Of a stretch of 64,000 bases of DNA, positions 9,582 to 18,977 are shown piece by piece. The stretch is from IMG/VR virus record IMGVR_UViG_3300036780_000209, positions 32,001 to 96,000 of that record, one strand, 5' to 3'. Every line of letters starts with the position of its first letter. Positions within the stretch are counted from its first letter, which is position 1. This stretch comes from a virus. A model generated the notes under the pieces. The model had not been told where the DNA came from. It was given only the letters and a program-made list of their open reading frames with translations, and did not search any database. A program made the translations under genes and the position numbers.

Positions 9582-10439
9582 ATGGCGCGCATCACCCGGG
9601 TCAGGGCAGCCCAGCAGCGTTACGAGACCATCCCCGTCCTCGACACCGCGACCATGAAGCCGAAGCGCACCCAGGTCATGCGGAAGGACGGCACCCCGAA
9701 GCTGACCAAGGGCGGCCGGGAGATCTGGCGCACCGTCACCGTCGAGGACCGGGCCAGGCCGCTGCTGCCAGACGGCTGCGACCACTGCCGCAAGCCCATC
9801 GCGATCGGCACGCCCTACAAGCACATCACCCCCAGGAGCGGCCCGTACAGCGGCTACCGGCGCAGCCGGCACGCCTCGTGCCCGGACTGGCAGCCATGGG
9901 ACTACAGCAGCTCGCTGAATGCCCGCCTGGCCCAGGTCAGCCACGAGTTCAGCCAGTCCCTGGCCCAGTGCGAAACCGAGGACGACGTGCAGGGCGCGCT
10001 GGACGAGGCGGCCTGCTCGGTACGGGAGATCGCCGACGAGAAGCGCGAGTCAGCCGAGAACATGAAGGAGGGCTTCGGGCACGAGACCAGCCAGTCGGAT
10101 GAGCTGGAGGAAACCGCCGATCAGCTCGAATCCTGGGCCGGCGAGATCGAGTCGGCGGCCATCCCGGACTTCCCCGAGGCCGAGGAAGAGGAGTGCGAGG
10201 CCTGCTCCGGCACGGCCGAGACCGAGTGCGGCAACTGCGGCGGCACCGGGACGCTCCAGGGCGCTGACGAGGATGTGGAGCGGTCCTGCGACGCGTGCAA
10301 CGGCGACAGCACCATCCCGTGCGAGGACTGCGAGGGCAACGGCCACACGCAGGCCGACGAGCCCACCGCCGACCAGGTCGGGGAGTGGCGCGACGAGTGC
10401 GCCGACAGCCTGACCATCGTGGACGAGATCCCGGTCTGA
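9582..10439 (+). CDS. hypothetical protein with DnaJ-type CxxCxGxG zinc-finger repeats
   Basis: CEACSGT, CGNCGGTG, CDACNGD, CEDCEGNG; coiled coil. Confidence 0.7.
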   Translation: MARITRVRAAQQRYETIPVLDTATMKPKRTQVMRKDGTPKLTKGGREIWRTVTVEDRARPLLPDGCDHCRKPIAIGTPYKHITPRSGPYSGYRRSRHASCPDWQPWDYSSSLNARLAQVSHEFSQSLAQCETEDDVQGALDEAACSVREIADEKRESAENMKEGFGHETSQSDELEETADQLESWAGEIESAAIPDFPEAEEEECEACSGTAETECGNCGGTGTLQGADEDVERSCDACNGDSTIPCEDCEGNGHTQADEPTADQVGEWRDECADSLTIVDEIPV

Positions 10440-10513
10440 TTAGCCTGCTGAGTTGCAAGAAGCCACGGCGGCCCGTCGTGGTGCGAGTGCCATCCCTGCT
10501 CGAAGGAGATCAG

Positions 10514-10966
10514 ATGAAGCCGTACTACCGAGGCCCGTCCTACCCGGACGTGGCAGCCGCCGCCACCGAGTACATCCTGGGCCACGAGCACGGCCGGGAT
10601 GACCTCAACTCGATCAGGCTGGCCGTGGTGGCCGAGATGAAGCTGGACCGCTTCAACGTGCCCGAGCGGGTGTTCGCCCAGGTGTACCGGGCGCTCCAGG
10701 GGCTGGTGAGCGAGGGCCGCCTGATCAAGGTGACCGGCAGCGGCTACGGCAACGAGCCCACCTACTACACGCCCCTGGCGCACGACAGGATGCTGGCGGA
10801 CCGCGAGGCACAGCTCGCCGCAGAGCATGCCGCAGCGGAGCGCTGGGCGGCCGTGGCAGCCGGGCTGGAGGCCCGGGGGTATGAGGTCCTGGCCACCCGG
10901 GGGCACCCCGTCAGCGTCAGCCTGGAGGCCTGGGAGCGCCTGCTCAACGTTGACATCGTGCTATGA
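10514..10966 (+). CDS. hypothetical protein (possible winged HTH)
   Basis: RBS AAGGAG; VYRALQGLVSEGRLIKV. Confidence 0.65.
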   Translation: MKPYYRGPSYPDVAAAATEYILGHEHGRDDLNSIRLAVVAEMKLDRFNVPERVFAQVYRALQGLVSEGRLIKVTGSGYGNEPTYYTPLAHDRMLADREAQLAAEHAAAERWAAVAAGLEARGYEVLATRGHPVSVSLEAWERLLNVDIVL

Positions 10967-11214
10967 GCCGGAACGGAATCCCCCCGGAGCTGCGGGGGCT
11001 GGCGAAACAGGCCGAGGCGCAGGACTGGGTGATCACGCGGCTGTCCAGCGGGCACTACCGCTGGACGCCGCCCCAGGGCGAGGCCCTGGTGATCGGCCAC
11101 GCTCACGCCACCTCCGACCCCAGGGCGAGCAAGAACGCCATCGCCGCCCTGCGGCAAGCCGGCCTGATCATGCCGGACAGGCGGACCGGGAGGATGCCGG
11201 CAGCCACGGCATGA
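10963..11214 (+). CDS. HicA-like RNase toxin
   Basis: WVITRLSSGHYRWTPP...TSDPRASKNAIAALRQAG; HicA size and GH motif. Confidence 0.7.
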   Translation: MSRNGIPPELRGLAKQAEAQDWVITRLSSGHYRWTPPQGEALVIGHAHATSDPRASKNAIAALRQAGLIMPDRRTGRMPAATA

Positions 11215-11219
11215 GGAAC

Positions 11220-11253
11220 GAGAAGGCCCGGGCTCATCACCCGGGCTTTTCTC
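11220..11253 (+). terminator. intrinsic terminator
   Basis: gagaaggcccggg-ctcatca-cccgggcttttctc. Confidence 0.75.
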
Positions 11254-11262
11254 ATGCCCAAG

Positions 11263-11291
11263 TTGACTAGATACAAGGATCTCTGTATTAT
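11263..11291 (+). promoter_or_regulatory. sigma70-type leaderless promoter with palindromic box
   Basis: TTGACT-17-TATTAT, ATG at 11298; box TACAAGGATCTCTGTA. Confidence 0.9.
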
Positions 11292-11297
11292 GGATCC

Positions 11298-11783
11298 ATG
11301 CAGCAAAGAAGCACAGATACCCGGGGAATCAGGTGGACACGCAAGATGCCCGGTCTGTATTACGCAACATACCGAGGCCATGAGTACCGGATCGAGCGCA
11401 TGGTCAACCTCGCTTACCAGGTGCCCACATGGATGCTGACAGTAGACGGCGACCGCCCGAACGACTGCTTCACTACCTACGGCGAAGCCAAGCAAGCTGC
11501 CCAGGAGCTAGCAGAGGAGAGCCCAGTGAAGCGCTACGCGAAGATCCGCACCCTGCAGGTACGACGGCAAATGCCAGGGCAGACCGAGCTGGATGCTCTC
11601 TTCCAGGACCGGATCACCCTGGAGCGGTACCTGCCCCCGAACTACCGGACGGTCAACCGGATCGGTGACCACTGGTACATCGAGGGCGAGGACAACGCGG
11701 GATGGACCCTGGACGGCTACGTGCTCCCCCGGCTGGGCTCCGGGCTCATCTTCGGCGAAGAGGTCACCGGGGTGCCGGCATGA
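11298..11783 (+). CDS. hypothetical protein
   Basis: C-terminal GEDNAGWTLDGYVLPRLGSGL; leaderless start. Confidence 0.75.
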   Translation: MQQRSTDTRGIRWTRKMPGLYYATYRGHEYRIERMVNLAYQVPTWMLTVDGDRPNDCFTTYGEAKQAAQELAEESPVKRYAKIRTLQVRRQMPGQTELDALFQDRITLERYLPPNYRTVNRIGDHWYIEGEDNAGWTLDGYVLPRLGSGLIFGEEVTGVPA

Positions 11784-11986
11784 GGTTCCCCCTCGACCGC
11801 TCGGCGGCCTTCACCGCCCTGCTGGAGCTGTCCCCGGAGTTCCGGGTCATGGACTCCCGGGACGGCGAGAAGGCCGTCACGCGCTTCCTGGACGCCTTCT
11901 ACGAGGCCAGCCCGGAGGCCAGGAAGGACATGCTCGGGTATGCCCGTGCCTGGCTGGGCCAGGGCAGCCTGGAGGACAGGGGATGA
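11780..11986 (+). CDS. hypothetical protein
   Basis: ATGA overlaps at both ends. Confidence 0.6.
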   Translation: MRFPLDRSAAFTALLELSPEFRVMDSRDGEKAVTRFLDAFYEASPEARKDMLGYARAWLGQGSLEDRG

Positions 11987-12429
11987 GGTGGGAGCTGGAC
12001 GACGGCGGCCGGGCAATGGCCGGATACCGTGGCCTGGCCGGCGACTGCGCCACCCGGGCCGCCGCCATCGTGAGCGGCAGGCCCTACCAGGAAATCTATG
12101 ACCGCATCGTCGAGCTGGGGCAGCACGAGCGCCTCAGCTCGCGGCGCAAGGCCAGGTCCCATCCGAGGACCGGCGTCCACATGCCGGCCATGCGGCGGCT
12201 CATGGCCGAGCTGGGATTCGCCTGGGTGCCGCAGATGGGCATCGGCACCGGCTGCACCGTGCACCTGGCCGACGGCGAGGTGCCCTCCGACCGGCCCGTC
12301 GTGTGCCGCCTCAGCAAGCACTACGCCGCAGTGGTGGACGGCATCCTGCGGGACACCTGCGACTGCTCCCGGGACGGCACGCGCTGCGTGTACGGCTGGT
12401 GGGAGCCCGTTCCGAGGAAGGAAGACTGA
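11983..12429 (+). CDS. conserved phage protein, possible papain/C39-like fold
   Basis: GDCATRAAAI...KHYAAVVDG...DTCDCSR. Confidence 0.65.
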   Translation: MRWELDDGGRAMAGYRGLAGDCATRAAAIVSGRPYQEIYDRIVELGQHERLSSRRKARSHPRTGVHMPAMRRLMAELGFAWVPQMGIGTGCTVHLADGEVPSDRPVVCRLSKHYAAVVDGILRDTCDCSRDGTRCVYGWWEPVPRKED

Positions 12430-12675
12430 ATGTCCAGGAACACCACCCTCCACTACGCAGGGCATCATCTTGCCCTGGCCGAGGACATCATCCTCAAGGT
12501 AGCCCGCCAGCTTGCCGCCGAGGACAATCCCGCAGACCGGTTCCTGGGTCCTGCCCTCAATGCCTACGAGAGGCGCGAAAGCAGGATGCTCGCCATCGCC
12601 CATGCCCACATCGCCCTGGCCAGCGGCATCACGGCCGACCGGGCAGCGGCTGACAGGAGGGCCTCCCATGCCTAA
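12430..12675 (+). CDS. hypothetical protein
   Basis: ORF track, tight packing. Confidence 0.55.
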   Translation: MSRNTTLHYAGHHLALAEDIILKVARQLAAEDNPADRFLGPALNAYERRESRMLAIAHAHIALASGITADRAAADRRASHA

Positions 12676-13612
12676 GATCGCCTACATCGGCCAAAGGTTC
12701 AGGGAGTCATCCCTGAACCTCATTGACAAGGCCAACGTCATCTGCGCGGCCTACGCCCAGGCCGGGTACAACCTCACGCTCCGGCAGCTCTACTACCAGT
12801 TCGTCAGCCGGGCCTGGATCTCCAATTCGATGGAGAGCTACAAGCGCCTCGGCTCGATCGTCAACGACGCCCGGCTGGCCGGCCTCATCGACTGGAGCCA
12901 CCTGGAGGACCGCACCCGGAACCTGCAGCGGCTGCCCCAGTGGGATGACGTAGAGCACATCATGTATTCGATCAGCACGCAGTTCCGCACCAGGATGTGG
13001 GAGGCGCAGCCCGAGTACGTCGAGGTCTGGGTGGAGAAGGAAGCCCTGGCCGACGTGGTCTCGCGGCCTGCCGACCGCTGGCTCGTCCCCTATTTCCCGT
13101 GCCGGGGTTACGTGAGCCAGTCCGAGATGTGGTCCGCCGGCCAGCGCCTGCTCAAGCAGGAGAGGAACGGCAAGCCCACCGTCATCATCCACCTGGGTGA
13201 CCACGACCCCAGCGGGATCGACATGAGCCGGGACATCCGCGACCGGCTGCACCTGTTCGGCTCCGATGTCCATGTCATCCGCATTGCCCTCAACATGGAC
13301 CAGGTCGAGCAGTACAGCCCGCCGCCCAACCCGGCCAAGCTCACCGACTCCAGGGCAAATGAGTACGTGGAGAACTACGGCTATGAGTCCTGGGAGCTGG
13401 ACGCCCTGGACCCCGCCACCCTGGACGCCCTGATCGAGGGCTTCATCCTGGAGCACCTGGACCGCCCTCAGTGGGATGCCGACGAAGCGGGCATGCAGCT
13501 CGACCGGCAGCTCCTCACGGCCGCCTCGGAAAACTGGTCCGAGCTGGCCGAGTACATCCGCGACAACGGCTGGCTGCCTGCGGCCGGCGAAGAGGAGGAC
13601 AGCGAATCATGA
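12668..13612 (+). CDS. Topoisomerase VI-A/Spo11-like Toprim nuclease
   Basis: TLRQLYY (catalytic-Tyr-like), EVWVEKEAL, RGY, HLGDHDPSGIDM, WELDAL. Confidence 0.8.
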   Translation: MPKIAYIGQRFRESSLNLIDKANVICAAYAQAGYNLTLRQLYYQFVSRAWISNSMESYKRLGSIVNDARLAGLIDWSHLEDRTRNLQRLPQWDDVEHIMYSISTQFRTRMWEAQPEYVEVWVEKEALADVVSRPADRWLVPYFPCRGYVSQSEMWSAGQRLLKQERNGKPTVIIHLGDHDPSGIDMSRDIRDRLHLFGSDVHVIRIALNMDQVEQYSPPPNPAKLTDSRANEYVENYGYESWELDALDPATLDALIEGFILEHLDRPQWDADEAGMQLDRQLLTAASENWSELAEYIRDNGWLPAAGEEEDSES

Positions 13613-14415
13613 GGAAGATCATCCTGGGGGTAACGGCACTGGCCGTCGCGGTAACTGCGCTGGCGACAGCAGCCCCCGCGCTGGCCGGAGGGAAGCCTCC
13701 CTCCCGGTCCTGGAGCACGTGCCAGCCTTACTTCCGCCGCACCATCAGCGGCCCCTGGGGTGCGTACATCGTGCGCGATGACGTGTTCACCATCCCCGGG
13801 CAGCCGAGCCCCACCGTCTGCATCAGCCACAAGAAGGGGCAGCCGACCTTCACCGTCACGAAGTCCACGGCCGACAGCAGCGGTCCCAGCGTGGCCTACC
13901 CCGAGGTCTTCTACGGCTGCGTGTACGGAGCCTGCTCACCGGGGAGCGTGCTGCCCATGGCGGTGAGCAAGCTCCCCCGCAGCTTCCGGTTCTCGGCCTA
14001 CGACCGGCTTACCGCAAAGTGGCGCAAGGGCAAGTTCGACACAGGATTCGACATCTGGTTCAGCACCAGCCGGAGCACCGGAGGGCAGGCCACCGGAGCC
14101 GAGATCATGATCTGGCTCACTGACCGGGGCGTGCGCTTCACTCCCGAGTGGACGGTCACCATCGACGGCATCAGGTGGCTGGCCGAGGAATGGAAGACAG
14201 TCCACCCGAACGGGCTGAGCTGGCCCCTGATCATCTTCCTGCGCCAGAAGCCCTCCGGCTACTGCCACCGCCTGCACCTCAGCCCGTTCGTCCGCTTCGG
14301 CGAGCAGCGCAAGTGGATCGCCAGGACAGACTGGCTGGAATCCGTCGAGCACGGTTACGAGATCTGGCAGGGCGGCAGCCATCTCGCCACCACTTTCTTC
14401 CGGGTCATTCCGTAA
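13609..14415 (+). CDS. secreted glycoside hydrolase family 12 (endoglucanase-like)
   Basis: Signal peptide; AYPEVFYGCVYGACS, FDIWF, AEIMIWL (nucleophile Glu), GYEIWQGG (acid/base Glu). Confidence 0.85.
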   Translation: MRKIILGVTALAVAVTALATAAPALAGGKPPSRSWSTCQPYFRRTISGPWGAYIVRDDVFTIPGQPSPTVCISHKKGQPTFTVTKSTADSSGPSVAYPEVFYGCVYGACSPGSVLPMAVSKLPRSFRFSAYDRLTAKWRKGKFDTGFDIWFSTSRSTGGQATGAEIMIWLTDRGVRFTPEWTVTIDGIRWLAEEWKTVHPNGLSWPLIIFLRQKPSGYCHRLHLSPFVRFGEQRKWIARTDWLESVEHGYEIWQGGSHLATTFFRVIP

Positions 14416-14441
14416 GACATGATGTCCTAAAGCAGTAGTTC

Positions 14442-14470
14442 TTGCACATTGCAAGGTTCCTTGATAAGGT
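14442..14470 (+). promoter_or_regulatory. sigma70-type promoter with palindromic box
   Basis: TTGCAC-17-TAAGGT; box TGCAAGGTTCCTTGAT. Confidence 0.7.
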
Positions 14471-14505
14471 TCCCGAACGCAGTAAACGAACAAGGAGGAG
14501 GTGCA

Positions 14506-15837
14506 ATGACCAGTACAACCGAAACCCTCAGCCTTCCCCCGTGGAAGGGCGACAGGCTCCCGGAAACCGGGCAGTGCGTCTACGCCGGGGTGTCCGAGCT
14601 GATCACGGGAGGTGTCGATCACTTCTCTTACAAGGGAGTGCACGGCCGCCTGTGGAAGGGCAGCGTCAACTCCGTCGTCGAGCGCCTGTGGCCTGACATG
14701 AAGCGGCCGGAGGGGGCACGCGAGGACACGTCCGAGGTGGCCAAGGTACGGCGTGCCATCAACGCCTACCTGAAATCCGCCCTGGCGATGGTATGCATCC
14801 AGCAGAGCAGTCCCGAAAGCTCCTGGTGGGTACGCAGCGAGTGGACTCCCCGGGGCGGCGACGGCAGCCTCAGCAGCCTGCGCGGCGAGGCGCTCACGGA
14901 GAAGGCACGCCAGCTCGCCGCCACCTCCGAGCCCCAGAAGCTCATCCCCGGCCTGCGCCCTGCCACGATGGAGGACCTGGGCCTGGAGCCTATTGTCATC
15001 GAGCCCTCGGCTGCGGCCGTGAACCCGGCCGACCTCGACCTGCAGCAGGGATACGAGGACATCGATCCCCGGCTGGCGGCGTACTACCTGGAGCGGGACG
15101 CCTGCGTGCGCCCCATCGACCAGATCACCGTCAGCTCGATGGCGCGGGACATGGTGACCGGCCGCTGGCGGCTCACCCACCAGGGAATCGCCTTCGACCC
15201 CGAGGGCTGGCTGATCGACGGCCAGCACAGGCTGACGGCGATCGTCAAGGCCGAGAAGGTCATCCGCCTGTCTGTCACCAGGGGGCTCCCCCGGGATGTC
15301 TTCGAGATGCTGGACACCGGGCGGGCCAGGACCCTCACGGACACGTTCCGCGTCAATCACTCCCCCAATGCCGCCCGGGAGCTGGCTGCCGTCGCCCGGC
15401 GCGTCGCGCTGTGGAACATGGGCAAGCCCTACACCCGCTCGATCAGGCCGACCAAGAGCGAGATCATGGCAGTGCTCGACGCCGACCCGAGCATCATGTC
15501 AGCCGGGGACTTCGCCTTCACCTGGCGTTCCGGCCGGGTGCTCGCCGGCTCGCTGGCGGGCTTCTCCTGGTGGCTGTTCAACGGCGTCAGCCCTGATCAC
15601 TGCCAGGAGTTCCTCGGCCAGGTCGCCCTCGGCGTCAACCTGGGAGAGAGGGATCCCGCCTACATCCTGCGGGAGCGCCTGATCAAGCAGAAGGGCAAGG
15701 GCAAGGGCTACGTGCGCCCCGAGGTCACGGTCGCGCTGGTGATCCTGGCATGGAATCAGTACCGGAAGGGCAAGCAGAGCAGCCGTCTCGTCCTGCCCGA
15801 GACGCTGAACGACGCATCGTTCCCCCAGCCGATCTGA
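14506..15837 (+). CDS. ParB/Srx-like (DGQHR) domain protein
   Basis: MARDMVTGRWRLTHQGIAFD...LIDGQHRLTAI...LDTGRART; RBS AGGAGG. Confidence 0.8.
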   Translation: MTSTTETLSLPPWKGDRLPETGQCVYAGVSELITGGVDHFSYKGVHGRLWKGSVNSVVERLWPDMKRPEGAREDTSEVAKVRRAINAYLKSALAMVCIQQSSPESSWWVRSEWTPRGGDGSLSSLRGEALTEKARQLAATSEPQKLIPGLRPATMEDLGLEPIVIEPSAAAVNPADLDLQQGYEDIDPRLAAYYLERDACVRPIDQITVSSMARDMVTGRWRLTHQGIAFDPEGWLIDGQHRLTAIVKAEKVIRLSVTRGLPRDVFEMLDTGRARTLTDTFRVNHSPNAARELAAVARRVALWNMGKPYTRSIRPTKSEIMAVLDADPSIMSAGDFAFTWRSGRVLAGSLAGFSWWLFNGVSPDHCQEFLGQVALGVNLGERDPAYILRERLIKQKGKGKGYVRPEVTVALVILAWNQYRKGKQSSRLVLPETLNDASFPQPI

Positions 15838-15843
15838 CGCAAA

Positions 15844-15911
15844 GCAAGAGCCCGGGCCAGGAAGAGAATCCTGCCCGGGCTCTTGCCTTACTACAAGAAA
15901 GCCTGTATTCT
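15844..15911 (+). promoter_or_regulatory. terminator hairpin fused to leaderless promoter with box
   Basis: gcaagagcccggg...cccgggctcttgc; TTGCCT-17-TATTCT; box TACAAGAAAGCCTGTA; ATG 15918. Confidence 0.8.
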
Positions 15912-15917
15912 TTAGGC

Positions 15918-16814
15918 ATGACAGCAGCGATAGCCCCCGAAGCCCGCCGCCAGCTTGCCCTGGTGACCGACACCCGCCTGGCGGCCCTCTACGAGGCCAA
16001 GGCCCGCAATGCCGCCCGCCTGGCGGCCCTGGAGAACCGGATCCGCTTCCTGGCTGCCCAGCCGAGAGTCAAGGGCGAATGGGTCGGGTACTTCGCCGAG
16101 GCCGAGGCTGCCATCCGCGAGCTGTGCGACCACGAGGAGCTGACCTGGACGCCAGGGCACAAGGCCCTGACCGACCTGGACGCGGCCCGCGCCGAGCAGC
16201 GCGAGGTCCACCGCGAGATCGGCATCCTCGACATGCTCCACTCGGTGCACCGCTGGAACCGCTACTTCCTGGTGACCAGCTCGGACGGCCACGTGCACCG
16301 GGGCATGAACTGCGCCACCTGCTTCGCGACCACCGAGTACGGCTGGCTGCCCGAGCTGGCGGACTGCGACGAGGACGCCATGATCGCCGAGTTCGGCGAG
16401 AAGGCCTGCACCGTCTGCTTCCCCGACGCGCCGGCCAACCCGGCGTTCCACGCGCCCGGCAGCCGCGACCGCGAGGCCATCGAGGCCAGGGCAGCCGAGA
16501 AGGCCCAGCGCGAAGCGGCGAAGTTCGCCAAGAGGCTCCGCGAGGACGAGCAGTTCAGGGACCACCAGAACGACCGGGTGGAGACCGTGGCCCGCTGCAA
16601 GGAAATCCTGCGCAACGAGGTCGAGCTGCGCGACTACTACGGTCAGGGCGAGCACCCGTGGCACGAGGCGAGCATCACTGCCGCCGGGCAGGCGAAGATC
16701 GTCCTGCTGGCCCGCGAGGCTGCCGCTCCCGGCACCGGGGCCAGCCAGGAGGAGATCGACAAGATCATCGCGAACGCAGTGAAGGGCAACCGGAAGAACG
16801 GAGCGCGGATATGA
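15918..16814 (+). CDS. hypothetical protein (Cys/His metal-binding)
   Basis: WNRYFLV...GHVHRGMNCATC...ACTVCFPDAP. Confidence 0.75.
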   Translation: MTAAIAPEARRQLALVTDTRLAALYEAKARNAARLAALENRIRFLAAQPRVKGEWVGYFAEAEAAIRELCDHEELTWTPGHKALTDLDAARAEQREVHREIGILDMLHSVHRWNRYFLVTSSDGHVHRGMNCATCFATTEYGWLPELADCDEDAMIAEFGEKACTVCFPDAPANPAFHAPGSRDREAIEARAAEKAQREAAKFAKRLREDEQFRDHQNDRVETVARCKEILRNEVELRDYYGQGEHPWHEASITAAGQAKIVLLAREAAAPGTGASQEEIDKIIANAVKGNRKNGARI

Positions 16815-17035
16815 GCATGACGCGCCGCGAGAAGCGGAACCTGAAAGCGCTGGCCTTCTCCATCCTCGCCTTCTGGGGGTGGTCGTGGGGGCTGATGATC
16901 GAGGTGGGGGTCCTGCATTCGTGGTGGCCCCTCATCCCCGTCATGAGCGCCTCAGTCGCCGGCGCGGTGGTAATCGTAGCCTTCGTCGTGGCAGCCAGCT
17001 TGTGGCTGCTGAAACTCTTCCTGCTGGAGGACTGA
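16811..17035 (+). CDS. two-TM membrane protein
   Basis: Two hydrophobic segments; ATGA overlap. Confidence 0.6.
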   Translation: MSMTRREKRNLKALAFSILAFWGWSWGLMIEVGVLHSWWPLIPVMSASVAGAVVIVAFVVAASLWLLKLFLLED

Positions 17036-17036
17036 G

Positions 17037-17510
17037 ATGAGCGAGCCCCGGGACCCTGCGGACCGGTACTACATCGAAGTGACCGCGACGCCTGAGTACA
17101 AGGCCAGGGACCTCGCCGAGATCAGCCTCGCCGCCGATGGCACCGAGCTGGACAGGCAGGTGGTCGTGAGCTTCACCCGGGGCACGCCCCCAGAGGCCGT
17201 CCCCGATGCCCTGACCGCCATCCGGCGGGCCTACGAGGCAGGCCGGCGGGACGAGAGAAGGGCGAAGGCCAGCAACGCCCCCAGTATCGTGAAATACCCT
17301 GAGATCTATCGCGAGAGCCTCCTGAGCCCGGCCGAGCTGCTGGGCCACGCCCTCAATTCCCTGCGCGGCCTGGACGTGCTCAGGCTCGTCTGGAGGGACT
17401 CCAGCCCCAGTCCCGCGATCGAGGAAATGGCCCTGCAGCACCTGCTGACCATCAGGGCGGCATTCCTGATCCTGATCGGCCAGGGCTGGATCAGGCCCCC
17501 GCAGGCTTGA
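17037..17510 (+). CDS. hypothetical protein
   Basis: RBS GGAGG. Confidence 0.6.
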   Translation: MSEPRDPADRYYIEVTATPEYKARDLAEISLAADGTELDRQVVVSFTRGTPPEAVPDALTAIRRAYEAGRRDERRAKASNAPSIVKYPEIYRESLLSPAELLGHALNSLRGLDVLRLVWRDSSPSPAIEEMALQHLLTIRAAFLILIGQGWIRPPQA

Positions 17511-17536
17511 CAATAATACAAAGATCCCTGTATTCT
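17507..17536 (+). promoter_or_regulatory. sigma70-type promoter with palindromic box
   Basis: TTGACA-18-TATTCT; box TACAAAGATCCCTGTA. Confidence 0.85.
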
Positions 17537-17572
17537 AGTATCAACACCAAGCAACGACCACAGGAGGAACCG

Positions 17573-18121
17573 ATGAGCGGACGGCGGCAGACCCTGGTAG
17601 CCGAGGCCCCCGACGGCACGCGGCTTGAGCTGGCCACGGCGGCAGGCTACAAGTACGCGGGCCTGCTCCGGAAGCGAAGCGGCGAGTGGTACATCGCGAT
17701 CAGGGGCTTCTCTCCCGACAGCGTGGTCAAGCGCACGAAGACGCAGTTCCACCACGAGGGCCACCGGGTCACCGACCGCATCGTCGTCTCCTTCAACGTC
17801 AAGCTCCCCGAGCGCACCGAGATCCCCGCCGTCGTGGCCTCGTACTTCGCGAGCGCAGACGAGCTGGCGATGGAAGTCGGACCGGCCGGCCGGGTGCAGT
17901 TCCCCCAGGTCACCAAGGTGCTCCTCTCCTGGGGCTGGCACACGCTGCCCGAGCCCTACTGGGCCACCCGGAAGATCGCCTCCTGGCTCAAGGGCCAGGG
18001 CATCGGGAACGTCGTCATCAGCGCCTACGGCCGCGACGCGGACTTCACCGTCGCCGAGCTGCGCCGGGGCGCGGACGCTCCCCTGCTCGGCGGCTCCCTG
18101 ATCGGATCGAGGACGCGGTGA
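17573..18121 (+). CDS. hypothetical protein
   Basis: RBS AGGAGG. Confidence 0.7.
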   Translation: MSGRRQTLVAEAPDGTRLELATAAGYKYAGLLRKRSGEWYIAIRGFSPDSVVKRTKTQFHHEGHRVTDRIVVSFNVKLPERTEIPAVVASYFASADELAMEVGPAGRVQFPQVTKVLLSWGWHTLPEPYWATRKIASWLKGQGIGNVVISAYGRDADFTVAELRRGADAPLLGGSLIGSRTR

Positions 18122-18441
18122 GCAACCGCAATCCCCGGGAACTCCGGGAAATCCGATGGGATGACCCGCAGGACCTCTCGGAACTGCGCCGCCACCTCAG
18201 GGAGATGCACTCCCCCGCCACGGGGAAGGGCGTGCCCCGCCGGAATGCTGACGCCTCCTGGTGGCATGCCAGCCAGCACCAGCGCTACGGCACGAGCCAC
18301 CTGCACTCCGACAGCGAGCTGGTGCTCGTGACCGGGCGCACGAATCTCACCGTCGAGCGGTTCCTCGGCTGGTACACCGGCCAGGGAGCCGTCACCAGGC
18401 AGGAACTCAGCCGCCGGTTCAGCGAGAGGACCAGCCAGTGA
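18118..18441 (+). CDS. hypothetical His-rich protein
   Basis: GTGA overlaps. Confidence 0.6.
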   Translation: MSNRNPRELREIRWDDPQDLSELRRHLREMHSPATGKGVPRRNADASWWHASQHQRYGTSHLHSDSELVLVTGRTNLTVERFLGWYTGQGAVTRQELSRRFSERTSQ

Positions 18442-18977
18442 GCGACAAGACCATCCGGCGCGGGTACCGCACTGCCCATGCGGCAGTGCGGTACCGGGGT
18501 GCCCAGCCTTCCCACGTGGTGGCCACGGACCGCTGGGACGACGCCATCCTGGGGCCGCAGGAGCAGATCGCGGGCCATGGCCTGTGTAATGTCCGGATAG
18601 CTCCCCGGGAGCGCATCGAGTGGCTGGACGTGCATCCCGGGGATGCCACCTGCAGGCGCTGCAGGCAGCTCTGGAAAGCGCAGGCCGGCCGGTCCGAGCG
18701 GCCCGACGATGACATGCTGGAGGTCACCGCCATCACGATGGTGGGGAACGCCCTCGCCAATTACGTCACCGCCGGCATCCTGAAGTACTGGATGCCGTCC
18801 GATCCCCCGGGCTCCTGGGTGGTCGGCGTGCTCAGGGGGACGGGCACCCTCACCGGCAACGGGCCGGAGCCCGTCCAGCACATCATCCACCTGGACAGCG
18901 TCCAGGAAGCCCGGGTCTTCATGGCCGGGATGAACGTGGTGACCCAGTGGGCCATCAGGGAGAGGAGGCCCCGGTGA
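18438..18977 (+). CDS. hypothetical protein
   Basis: GTGA overlaps; TCRRC. Confidence 0.6.
   Translation: MSDKTIRRGYRTAHAAVRYRGAQPSHVVATDRWDDAILGPQEQIAGHGLCNVRIAPRERIEWLDVHPGDATCRRCRQLWKAQAGRSERPDDDMLEVTAITMVGNALANYVTAGILKYWMPSDPPGSWVVGVLRGTGTLTGNGPEPVQHIIHLDSVQEARVFMAGMNVVTQWAIRERRPR

Noticed and set aside
6257-17536. Repeated 16-bp palindromes as CRISPR repeats or att sites
   Set aside because: Irregular kb-scale spacing, degenerate copies and fixed position within promoters; no cas operon or integrase.
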